Source of the DNA: Octopus bimaculoides
Lineage: Eukaryota
Length of the DNA: 38,049 nucleotides
Assembly (NCBI RefSeq): GCF_001194135.2
Contig: NC_068986.1
Span: 46,961,455-46,999,503, forward strand
Reading direction: 5' to 3'
Numbering within the stretch: position 1 is the first letter of the stretch; every line of letters begins with the position of its first letter. The translations under genes and the position numbers were made by a program. Of this stretch, positions 22,645-33,782 are shown piece after piece. The notes beneath the pieces are model-generated. The model saw nothing but the letters and a program-made list of their open reading frames with translations. It had not been told where the DNA came from and did not search any database.

Positions 22645-22802
22645 TCTTATATATTAAAAGGCAAGTTGTCTGTTTATGTTGTGTGAACCACTTCTACTCC
22701 TACAATTTTCAACCGAATTCGGTTCGCCTTGAAAAACACGATTAGAATAGAATCGATAAGGTTTAGTAGCGATAGAGGAAACTAAATTAAAGGGAAACCT
22801 AG
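22645..22802 (+). mobile_element. Possible Helitron-derived non-autonomous fragment
   Basis: A^TCTTATATATTAAAAGGCAAGTTGTCTGT..CACTTCTACTCCTACAATTTTCAACCGA resembles invertebrate Helitron 5' ends from memory. CTAG^T at 22799-22803. No clear GC hairpin. Confidence 0.3.
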
Positions 22803-23029
22803 TTAGAAACGTAGAAGAAGTATGCATGAGAGGTATCGCGTCCGATTTGCTCGTAGTAAGATTGACCCTCAAATAGTGCTTCAACACGAACCACGAATGC
22901 TGCGTTGTCTGATCTAATGCACATTCTTTAAGACTCAAAAGGATGAAAGTTGTTCAAGGGGCTCCAGTTGCAAAGGCGCCACATGATTACAAAGATACAT
23001 TTCTTTGACAGACATATCTTCTGATTTCA

Positions 23030-23500
23030 GAAAAGGTGGGTGCGGCTTTTCGACGTCACTTTACTTCACTGTTTGGGACAAATGAACGCCGTGCCTACAT
23101 TGATGGTCCACCGCAGTACTCGGCAGCGGAGACGGACTATCGTGAAAAATCGATAATAGACACTGGGATTCGGGAAGTGATAGTTAGCTGTACAAAAAAC
23201 AAATTACGTGATTGGGTGGCCTGCTCTGCGAGCTTAACGCTTATATGCCAGACTTGTTTAGTGATCTCTTCATAAACATCCATTTCGACTCGTAGCAAAA
23301 CGGAAGAATCACTGGTCATGTAAATTGAAGAGCGGTGGTACTGCAAGAGAAAGGACCCAAACAAAGGGGGCAACATTGATAACTTTTGACCCATAACTCT
23401 TCTAAACGCAGAATTCAAGATTTTGGCCAAGAGTGTTATCGGCAATCTAATTCGTGATGCACAGATATGTGCCATCCTGAACAGATCGATGCCTTGAAGT
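23030..23500 (+). mobile_element. L1/Tx1-type LINE ORF2 (reverse transcriptase N-terminal region) fragment
   Basis: AAFRRHFTSLFG..YIDGPPQYSAAE.., then KDPNKGGNIDNF*PITLLNAEFKILAK (about 23370-23430, cf. NFRPITLLNAELKILAK) and AQICAI (cf. QTCAIPGR). Stops and frameshifts. Confidence 0.88.
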
Positions 23501-24765
23501 ATTTGTTCCAGCTCTTTATTTACAGAGCTTAAATTCCATCCCGGTCGACATTGACTTTTATCTTCATCTTTTCGTGATTCATAAGGTAAAGCATTGGACA
23601 AGTTCAGAGGTTAATGTGATTGACAAAACCACTACCATCAAAATTTCTGATTTTTTGCTTACATTCGAAATCACTAAAGGGCAGTACGTTGACAGAATTA
23701 TCAGTGCATCGAAAAAATACATTGTGGTATTTCTTCCAGCTCTTTACACTCTGATTTCAAATCCTGCACGAAGTCAACCTTGTCTTTTATCCCTATGGCA
23801 TCGATACAATAAAATACTAGTTAAACAGTGAGGTTCTTTTAATCGACTAACCTCAACCCACCAAATATTAGATCTTGCGCCTATATTAGTAAATTATTTT
23901 AAGTCTAGTTTTGCATATACTTCGTTATTTGTAATAACATTTAGTACGGAAGTTCATCCTGGGTATCAGCCACAATGATGACAGCATTTATAGGAGTGCT
24001 TAACAAAAGTCACGAGCGAGTTCTTGCTGTCTTTAATAGATTTTTAAAACCTCCAGGTTGTCATTAGACTGTAGTTAGATTTCATACGATGAAAACAAAT
24101 TTTCTTTTCAAACCATTCTAGGCGAGATGTGTTAAGCGTATCAACCAATCACCATAATAGTGGTACTGTATAAATATTTAAGTGCACAGTATGACTTAGA
24201 AGAACCAGAGAATGTTAATAAATAACATGTTTTGGTTTTCACCAATCACGATTATCTTTTTCAATAAAGAATAGTAAATGAAACTATTATTTTCTTGATA
24301 CTTAGTAAGATTGCTATTATTGTTTGTTACATTAGTTACCCGCATATTTTACTTTTGTTATCAATTCAAGAGCCATTTGTGTAATTCGTGACTTAATGGT
24401 ACATTCCATTCGTGTATGCTATCGTTCAATTAAAATGTAGCATTTCATGTGAATTTATTTAGTTACTTTTGGTTCTTCGACAATATTCAACAAACACAAT
24501 ACGTGTAAATTTTTATCACTGAAATTTATTCCCAGTATATCGAAGCTGTATTGAATCTGTGTATATCATTTAGCTCAGCAGTTGCAAAAAAAATTATTAC
24601 GCCATACCATATAATAATACGAAGTTGTAAATTGCATTGATATTATTTCAGTTTTTATTTTCATCATTGCTTGCTTTCATGTCGTTAGAATTCCTACGAC
24701 TATGACGTTATTGTTTATGCCTGCTTTATTTTTGATTTGATGTCTCAATAAGTTGTTTTTAAGTA

Positions 24766-24798
<33 letters not shown>

Positions 24799-24854
24799 CT
24801 GTTTTCTCTCCCATCCTTCTCTAATTCCCTTTTTCTCCTCTTCACCGTTTTCTA

Positions 24855-24884
24855 TCTGTCTCTCTCTCCCCTTCTTTCTCTTTT

Positions 24885-24918
<34 letters not shown>
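24855..24918. repeat. (CT)n / pyrimidine tract
   Basis: Direct reading. Confidence 0.92.
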
Positions 24919-24919
<1 letters not shown>

Positions 24920-24921
<2 letters not shown>

Positions 24922-25360
24922 GCTCACGCGTGACCATCGTCCATCTTTCTTTTCCTTACGTGAGCATCTTTCTTTTCCTGCACGACGTTTTAAGGACTGG
25001 CTCTTCTATCTTTTCTCTATTCAAAGAAAATATTTCTCCCACCGTTCACTATTTTCCCCTCGTTCTGCTCTAACGACCCATCGTGTTTGTTTTCCTTCGG
25101 TTTCCTTGTATGTATCCACTGCCCTGATTTCGTTCCCAACTTTGACCCTCCATAAATCCAAAATTTATTTTGGAATTTATGGGAGCAACTGTCTTCGAAG
25201 ACTGATATTGTCGTTGAAAGTTCGAAATGAGGAATAGATAGACAGCCGACAACTGATGAAGGCTCTTTCTTTGTATTACTTGTCCTGCTTTCCATTTTTC
25301 TCTCGTTGTTTGCGTATTTAACTTGTTTGTTTTCGTACTTCATATTGTTTACAGTTGGTG
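24920..25360 (+). repeat. Interspersed repeat similar in layout to 5697-6230
   Basis: Pyrimidine-rich head, CACGCGTGAC, then CAACTGATGAAGG..TTACTTGTCCTG..TTGTTT. Family unassigned. Confidence 0.35.
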
Positions 25361-25374
25361 ATGTACCCATATAT

Positions 25375-25437
25375 GTATACGCACACACGCACATATATAT
25401 TTACACACACACACATATATATATATATATTTGCCTG

Positions 25438-25475
<38 letters not shown>

Positions 25476-25543
25476 TATATGCATATGTATATTATTTATA
25501 TTATATATATATGTGTGTGTATAACTAATATAGATAGATAGAT
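25375..25543. repeat. Mixed (CA)/(TA)/(GATA) low-complexity tract
   Basis: Direct reading. Confidence 0.9.
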
Positions 25544-25877
25544 NNNNNNNNNNNNNNNNNNNNNNNNNNNNNNNNNNNNNNNNNNNNNNNNNNNNNNNNN
25601 NNNNNNNNNNNNNNNNNNNNNNNNNNNNNNNNNNNNNNNNNNNNNNNNNNNNNNNNNNNNNNNNNNNNNNNNNNNNNNNNNNNNNNNNNNNNNNNNNNNN
25701 NNNNNNNNNNNNNNNNNNNNNNNNNNNNNNNNNNNNNNNNNNNNNNNNNNNNNNNNNNNNNNNNNNNNNNNNNNNNNNNNNNNNNNNNNNNNNNNNNNNN
25801 NNNNNNNNNNNNNNNNNNNNNNNNNNNNNNNNNNNNNNNNNNNNNNNNNNNNNNNNNNNNNNNNNNNNNNNNNNNNN

Positions 25878-26076
25878 GGACAAGGATTCTGGATTATTTT
25901 TTCGGTTGTTTTTATTTTTTTACATTTTGTTTTTTCCTTTTTAGTATTCTCGTTTTGTGAGAGCAGTCGAGTTTATTTCAGACATCCTCATTTTAAAAAT
26001 CATCTCTGGCTAATCGTTGAGAGGACGCTGGTGTTGCCTTGGCGGAGGTTTGTGCTCTCTCAGTGCTCTTGCTAGT
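25878..26076 (+). mobile_element. Helentron-associated (HINE/DINE-like) element 3' end
   Basis: CCTTGGCGGAGGT (26037-26049), decayed stem-loop GTGCTCTCTCAGTGC and terminal CTAGT (26072-26076). This matches a 3' architecture I recall for widespread aquatic-animal HINE-like repeats. The 5' end is lost in the gap. Confidence 0.55.
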
Positions 26077-27212
26077 ACTTGATGTTTTTTTAAATTTAAT
26101 TCTTTTCATTAGTGTTTGTCATTCGAATCATCATTTATGAAAGTTACTTTCATTCTGTTACATCTTTAAGAAGTAGTCATAACATGTTAAAGTCGTTCAT
26201 CTCTATAATATGACAAAGTGTTTACATAAGAGCCATCTGTTTTTGTAAGTGAAAGCTTCTTCAGTATTGTTTAGTAGAGACAGTAATATTTGGTGCGATA
26301 TTTTGTTTTCTAATAATGATTTCAGCCTGATGAGAAAACAAAAGATCTTGAAAATTTGATAGCGAATTATATCTATAATCCCAACTTTATTATTTCACTG
26401 AAATATTTTGGTTACATGTTTACATTTTAGCATTTAATATGATTCCGCATAAAGTGATTCATAAAGTTTTATTTAGTCTCTTTCTTCTGTTTTCTCTCCA
26501 CGGATTCTGGTCAGGTTCAGGCCTATGGTTGAAATCCATCCAAAACCCATATAGTCTTTCATTCCTCCGCTAATTTGGATACTTGTGATTCCTATTTAGA
26601 TGTAATAAGTCTTTTTTTTTTTTAAGAAAAAACAAAAGAATTCGTGTTTTATCTCTTCGTGTATTTTATATATGGAAACATAAGTTAATTTTTGTTTGTT
26701 TACTATAATAGTTGGAGTATATAGCTTTAGCTCTACTTTCGATTCTGTTCTTTAATAATATCTTATAGGAGATGTAAATTGTATTTTATATTAACTACTA
26801 CCTCCTTGATAATTTTTCTATGCAAAATTTTATAAGAAAGTTTTTCTATAGATTTTATATTCAGTGTCCACGCATGAAATTACAAATTGTATGCGTAGAG
26901 CTTAATCATCATTGTTTATATCTGCTTAAACTGCTCCAATTTTCGTCAATATGCAATCTATTTGTAATTACGCATCTGTAAGTTTTAGATGTGACAATTA
27001 CATATACTTTTTTTGTCACCCATTGATTAAACGTCATCTTTGCTGTGGATTCTATTCTTGTTCATATGCCCCTTTTATAATAAGATACCCAGCACCGGCT
27101 TTCACAGGTGAAATGCATTTAAATATCATGTGTTCGTTGATGTTTCTGTTAGTTAAATTGTTTAAAGGTCATTATTCGCAGGAACTGGACTGTATATAGA
27201 AAATAAAGATAT

Positions 27213-27379
27213 AGGCACAGGCGCCGTTGTGTGGTAAGAAGCGTGCTTCGCCACCACATGGTTCCAGATTCAGTCTCACTGTATAGCACCTTGGTGGACA
27301 AGTGTCTTCTACTATAGCCTCGGGCTGACCAAAGCCTTGTGAGTGGATATGGTAGACGGGAACTGAAAGAAAGCCCGTC

Positions 27380-27422
<43 letters not shown>

Positions 27423-27646
27423 GTGTGTGTGCCTCTGTTTCTGTGTTTGTCCCCATCATCGCTTAACAACCGGTGTTGGTGTGTTTACGTCCCATAACTT
27501 AGCAGTTCGGCAAAAAAACGTAGAATAAGTACTATACTTTAAAAAAAATAAGCCCTAAGGTCGATTTGTTCCACTAAAATCATTCAGGGCGATGCTCCAG
27601 CATGACTACAGTAAAATGACTGAAACAAGTAAAAGAATAAAAGAAT
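27213..27646 (+). mobile_element. SINE family A, full length
   Basis: AGGCACAGGCGCCGTTGTGTGGTAAGAAG..GGTTCCAGATTCAGTCTCACTG..CAAGTGTCTTCTACTATAGCCTCGGGCTGACCAAAGCCTTGTGAGTGGA..(TA)n..GACTGAAACAAGTAAAAGAATAAAAGAATA. Confidence 0.92.
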
Positions 27647-28759
27647 ATATTGCAGTGGTTAAGAGTTATTGTACAACATGAAGATTGAGAGAGAGGAAAT
27701 GGAAAAGAAAATGTTGAAAAAAAAACAGAATTGGAAACGCGGCATACAGCTACAGTCAAACAATACATACTGAGTAGTATCGAGGGTACGTCTGACACAC
27801 TATGATAACACAACAGCAAAAAAACTGGAATTTAATACATGACTATCAACTATTTCTCTGTGTGAAAACAAGTTTAATATTTATGACATATAGATATCAA
27901 GATTCAAGCATAGTAAACGTTGCTTCAAAATAAAAACTATTTTTGGCAACAACTCTTAAGTGTTTTCGGAAAGCCAAAGAACGACAACTCTACTGTCACG
28001 GCTTTACGGTTATCATCCTCCCATGCTGATCCGTGGGTAAAGATTGCCAGGTCAATAATCTTGAAAACCAAGACAGAGTAATTGTCAGTCTTTCACTTAT
28101 AAAAATCGTTTGAAGTTATACGCTGCAATTAATATCTTTGCAATATAGATATGTATGTTTGAAATATATGCATACCATATTTCAAATATGCTTTCTTATA
28201 TGGAAATGTTTGATAGTAATGTTGCATGGCATTTCATGCAAAATTTTAAACAATTATTCATCATGCCTGTATCTTCTACAATTATAACACTTTACTGATA
28301 ACTCCAAGCGACCCAGATTTCCTCACAATAGATTTTGTAGTGTTTTCTTAGCATTGATTTTTAAGGAGAAATAAAGAATATACAACATCATTTTCATTTT
28401 CCCAGTATTCCTTTCTTGCCATTTTAAAAGAATGGAGTATAATGTAGAAGTCCTGTTTCTTTATCTTTAGTTTTTTTGGCTTAGGGCATATGTAATTTAT
28501 TCTGAATTGTATTCTTTCAGTGCTGCTAATTAACTTCTCTTCTGCAATTTTTCTTCGAGAATCGTCACACAATTATCTCCGTCAATTCAAAATTCGTTAC
28601 TATATTTTCCGTTCTGAAAACAAAGGAAGATATTGAAGTATATTTCTAATGATTTTAAAGTAAATACCGGTTCTTGAGTTTTCAACGTGAGGACTTTTTA
28701 AAATGTGATCAACAATTAATTCATACCTGAATGAAAATTTGCAATAATATTCGCATAAT

Positions 28760-28908
28760 ATGTGTGTGTGTGTGTGCGTATGTGTGTGTGAGTGCGTGTG
28801 TATATGTGTGTGCATAAATATAACAAATATAAATATATATTTATATACATCAATATACAAAAATACGTCTGTCTGCATGTATATACATATGCATGCATAC
28901 TCATATGA

Positions 28909-28976
<68 letters not shown>
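28760..28976. repeat. (TG)n and mixed dinucleotide tract
   Basis: Direct reading. Confidence 0.92.
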
Positions 28977-29315
28977 NNNNNNNNNNNNNNNNNNNNNNNN
29001 NNNNNNNNNNNNNNNNNNNNNNNNNNNNNNNNNNNNNNNNNNNNNNNNNNNNNNNNNNNNNNNNNNNNNNNNNNNNNNNNNNNNNNNNNNNNNNNNNNNN
29101 NNNNNNNNNNNNNNNNNNNNNNNNNNNNNNNNNNNNNNNNNNNNNNNNNNNNNNNNNNNNNNNNNNNNNNNNNNNNNNNNNNNNNNNNNNNNNNNNNNNN
29201 NNNNNNNNNNNNNNNNNNNNNNNNNNNNNNNNNNNNNNNNNNNNNTCGTAAAAACAAAAAGTAAAGAAGTGTTAAATTTTTTTGAACAAGAAGTTCGCTT
29301 CGAAACTACATTTTT

Positions 29316-29690
29316 GGGCTTCAGTCCCACTGTGTGACACTGAAAGCAAGTATCTTCTGTCACAGTCCCAGGTCGACCAATGCCTTAGGAGTAGATTTGG
29401 TAGACGGAAACAGTGGTGAAAGCTTGTTGCATGTGTGTGTATATGTGTGCGTGTGTGTACATATGTATATGTGTATATATACATACATGTATATTTTTGC
29501 GTTTGTCTGTTCAAAAGCTATTGTATTGTTTACGTTTCCGTAACATAACGTTTCTGCAAAAGAGATAGAATTATGTAACCAACTTTTAAAAACAAATTTG
29601 TTAAGTACTATGGTCGATTTGTTGAACTAAACATTTTAAGGCGGTGCCTCAGAATGACAGAAGTTCAATGACTGAAAGAATTAAATTATA
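29316..29690 (+). mobile_element. SINE family A, degenerate, 5'-truncated
   Basis: TTCAGTCCCACTGTG..GATTTGGTAGACGGAAAC..(TG/TA)..GGTCGATTTGTTGAACTAAA..AAGGCGGTG..AATGACTGAAA. Confidence 0.8.
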
Positions 29691-29769
29691 AAGTAACAGT
29701 GCAGTTCTATATTTCTGAGATGAGAAATGTATATTATGTACACTGTTTACTTTAGTCGGACTGGTGTTC

Positions 29770-29945
29770 TTATCTTGATTGTTGCTTTCGTTACGTTTCG
29801 ACGTTGGTTAATGCAGTGCAGTTACCTAGAGGTCCTTAGTTCAATCCTAGGTAAGACACTAAGGTGAATCACAAAACACCTGAATAAGACTGGAGCGTAC
29901 AACAGCCAAAACGTAGTGAAAGCAACAATAAAGATGCGGACATCA
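29770..29945 (+). repeat. Short inverted-repeat element containing a decayed hammerhead-like motif
   Basis: Left arm ATCTTGATTGTTGCTTTCGTTACGTTT vs right arm AAACGTAGTGAAAGCAACAATAAAGAT. Motif CTGAATA-aGACTG..CAGCC-AAAACGTA at 29880-29915. Confidence 0.45.
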
Positions 29946-30611
29946 ATCCGATTAAATTAAACAGCATACATAAACTAATAGTGCTAGCTAAGAAAATCCA
30001 ACATCTTAATCCTCAGGCATTTTATCATATATACAAGTGTCCTTAAAATTACAACTTTCTAATTCCATTTCTTGCATTTATGTAACTGGAACTTGTCGTT
30101 GCGATATGTTTTACATATTAATTTCTTTGTATACTGAAATATAGATTGCTTCTGACTGAGTGCAAAGCAACTTTTTTGCAGAGAGTGGTTGTAAATGATT
30201 ATAATAATAATCCTTGATTGATGAAAAGCAAAGTCGACCTTAGTTTGTTTGCTGATGACAAATCAACTGAAATACAATTTGTAAGTGAGATTTTGTGTTG
30301 TAACTTTTATTTTGTGATTACTTTATATTTTTGTTGTTGATAAAAAGACCTCTCTCCATTCCTTTTTTTTTTTTTTTGATAATGAGTTCGTAATGATTTC
30401 ACTCTGGTGTTAATTTCTTCATTTGACATTTTTCTCTTTCCCTACGTCTATGATTTCTCTAGTCACTTTATTTATATCTAGGACAACAGGCATACAATAA
30501 TTATAAAATAAAGTTACATCGTCATTGAAATAAATTTCTCTAAAATGTCATCTGCCAGTCCATATTATATATTTCTGTAAATGTCAAAGGTCTCTCAACA
30601 CAATTTTTCTT

Positions 30612-30742
30612 TATATACATATATATATATATACACTTACACACACGCACACACATATATACACATATATACACTCACACTCACACTCACACACATGTAT
30701 ATACATATATACACTCACACACACACGCACATATATATATAC
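30612..30742. repeat. Mixed (CA)/(TA) low-complexity tract
   Basis: Direct reading. Confidence 0.9.
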
Positions 30743-31178
30743 TTTCACTAAGACATGATAACCTTTAGATGGTATCCATATCGATGGTGAAGTCGTTGCT
30801 AAACAAATAGGGAGCAAACAAAAATTTACACGTTTTATGGAATAAGATATAGTAGATAAATATAGATCAAAAATATTTAGCTGGGTTCGTTGGTACGATG
30901 TTCAAGTTATACGAGTTAGGGTTAATATCATTTCAAATACGTACTTAGGTTTCAATATTTCTACTATTTCTTCTGTGAAAAGGAAGAATCCAACTCAGTT
31001 TTGCAAGCTTACAAAATGTTATTTAGTTGTTTAACCATGTAAACGTTGCGGCATATGGCGAAATACAAATTATCGGTTCTTCAACACCTGATCGACTCGG
31101 CCACCTACGACGTTTTTACGGAGAGAAATGGAGCTTCGAGACAAGTAACTTCGTTCCAAAGTTTTTACTCTTTTATTA

Positions 31179-31346
31179 CAGTAATCCCTCGCCATAAGCG
31201 AACGTCGATTCCTATAAAATAAATATATTAAAACTATGAAAATAATTAAAAAGAACATACAGTACAATACTGTTTCTACTTCGCGGATTTTCGCCTATCG
31301 CGAGGGGTTTTGGAACGTAACACTCGCGTTAGTCGAGGGATTACTG
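31179..31346. mobile_element. Tc1/mariner (pogo/Tigger-like) MITE, 168 bp
   Basis: Perfect 13-bp TIRs CAGTAATCCCTCG (31179-31191) and CGAGGGATTACTG (31334-31346), with TA on both sides (31177-78, 31347-48). Confidence 0.92.
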
Positions 31347-32909
31347 TATATTCCTTTCGTTTTGAGATAATACAAAGATTCTCATTTAAGAAATATAGAA
31401 AAAGGAATTGTCGCATTTATACTATTTTGATTAGTATTTTAGTTGTAAGCAAAATGAAATGATTTCAACTGGAGATTGAACTGGACTACCGATCATAGCT
31501 TTCTAGAAGTTTATGCTTTGTTTGACGACGTTTGCTGTTTTCCCATCCTGATTTTTTTAGCTAAAATGGCCAGTACAGACACAGAAGCAGGAGGGATCTT
31601 ATCTAAATAGCGTACAAAATTTACTTTCTGTCCCGCTACCTTGAATTAGCCCTTTTATATCCTGAATTCAAATTTCCTTTTGCGGTTTGTCCTTTTATGC
31701 TGTAAGTTTAAATCTCTCCAGGGTCCATTTTGTGTATCGTATCACTTGAAGATTGATACAATATACACATCTTCTAGACAAAATTAGATTTTTGAATTAA
31801 TGTAAGAAATCAATACGTGAAACTAAATAGCTTAGAGCCAGAATTTATATTTGACGAATTCCAACAAAGAAAGTAATATTTAATTGATTATTGTGGTTCA
31901 AACTGTACAAGTTATCTGTATGGAGTTCAATTATTTCTTTACCATAGGTATTTTGTAGTTCATACCACCATTGAAGAACACATTTATATTCGAAGTTTAT
32001 TAAATAATTGCTTTCTCTAAGGATCGTTGTGCGTTTATCCAAGCCGGTTTCGATTCTTGGTTGTAACTAATTCATTTATGCTTTTAATTCACTTAGGAAA
32101 GATATGAACGTTAAACAATCAAAGGTTCCTCTTTTCGCTAAAGAATTAAGATTGCGGTGAAGCAAATTTTTAATTACTCTTTATACAACTACCCCACTAA
32201 AGTCGTTAAAATAACTACCCCCACTTTGTGAAAGGCTTCAAATTACACAATCTTTTTTTTTTTTTTCAAATATAAATCTTCAATCTTCACACGTCATAAT
32301 AATAATTCTATTATCTGAAACTACTTCTTTAATTATAAACATTTGCTCTGTGTACGTTGTTCTGTCCATTAGGCTGATAATGATGTCATGATGTATGATT
32401 TTGTTGACTTCTTGACTTACTAGAATGATGCTTTTAGAATGATTTTTTGCAATTCTATCCCTTTCTTTCTCTGTCACCTTTTCTCTATCTCTTCTGTTTA
32501 TCTCTCTTTTACATTTCTGTCTTTATAGATAACCCTTTTCTGTNNNNNNNNNNNNNNNNNNNNNNNNNNNNNNNNNNNNNNNNNNNNNNNNNNNNNNNNN
32601 NNNNNNNNNNNNNNNNNNNNNNNNNNNNNNNNNNNNNNNNNNNNNNNNNNNNNNNNNNNNNNNNNNNNNNNNNNNNNNNNNNNNNNNNNNNNNNNNNNNN
32701 NNNNNNNNNNNNNNNNNNNNNNNNNNNNNNNNNNNNNNNNNNNNNNNNNNNNNNNNNNNNNNNNNNNNNNNNNNNNNNNNNNNNNNNNNNNNNNNNNNNN
32801 NNNNNNNNNNNNNNTAGTTGTTTTTTTCCTGTTTTTTCAGCTACTATTTTCGGAAAGACATTTTCCCCCTTCCCCTCCAATTTCTTCATTTTTCACATTT
32901 TTCCGTAAT

Positions 32910-33242
32910 TCTAACCCTAAAATCACAACCCTAACCCTAAAACTCCAACCCTGACCCTAACCGTAACCCTAAAACCTTAACCCTAACCCTAATACCCCAA
33001 ACCTAATCCTAAAACCCTAACCATAACATCCTAACCTAACCCTAAAACCCTATCCCTAACTCTAAAACCCTATCCCTAACCCTAAAACCCTAACTCTAAC
33101 CCTAACTCTAAAACCCTAACCATAACACCCTAATCCTAACCTAACCCTAAAACCCTATCCCTTACTCTAAAACCCTATCCCTAACCCTAAAACCCTAACT
33201 CTAAAACCCTAACCCTAACCCTAAAACCCTAAAGCTAAAACC
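32910..33242. repeat. Interstitial telomere-like array, (CCCTAA)n with CCCTAAAA, CCCTAT and CTCTAA variants
   Basis: Direct reading. TTAGGG is the established mollusc and general metazoan telomeric unit. Confidence 0.95.
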
Positions 33243-33531
33243 AGTACAATCACACGAACGATGTCATAAATAACAGCGACAAGCGAAATATACACCGCCG
33301 ATAGTTGTTGTTGACAAACAACGGCAGTAATTTTATTCAGCTGAATACACATCATTGATTGGTTGAAATTACCGAAATACGACAACTCTAACATGAAATA
33401 ACTTTGAAAATTTAAACTTTTATCAACATCACTAAGAGTAAAAAATGTTTTATATGACACATTCTACCAGTGTCCGAAGTTTGAAAGTGTTTAGTTACAA
33501 AAAATTAATTTCTCGATGTGCCGTTCAAAGG

Positions 33532-33782
33532 GAAAAGATGCTTTTTTGCGTGTCGAATTACGATAAATTGAAAAAAGTTATTTCACAGTAGGCGACCAGG
33601 GTTTCCGAGTGTGCTAATAAGAATACATGAGTTAAGGAATGGAGTAGATAAGAGCCCGGATCTTATCTACACCATTCCTTAACTCATGTATTCTTATTAG
33701 CACACTCGGAAACCCTGGTCGCCTACTGTGAAATAACTTTTTTCAATTTATCGTAATTCGACACGCAAAAAAGCATCTTTTC
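33532..33782. repeat. Near-perfect palindrome, 122-bp arms, 7-nt spacer
   Basis: 33532-33653 is the reverse complement of 33661-33782 with one mismatch by eye. Spacer GCCCGGA. The right arm ends at a gap. Confidence 0.95.

Noticed and set aside
30245-30280. LFADD RT-like motif or tiny exon ending at GTAAGT
   Set aside because: Five residues with no supporting flanking RT motifs.
796-30290. CTGATGA motifs at about 796, 26327 and 30252 as hammerheads
   Set aside because: None has a foldable stem II together with a correctly placed GAAA and UH.
31027-31178. CpG-richer open stretch (LFNHVNVAAYGEIQIIGSSTPDRLGHLRRFYGEKW) interrupted by the MITE
   Set aside because: Removing the MITE in silico gives a stop within about 8 codons, two frames are similarly open, and no family is recognisable.
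32910-33242. True chromosome end
   Set aside because: The array is short, degenerate, internally duplicated and flanked by non-telomeric sequence on both sides.
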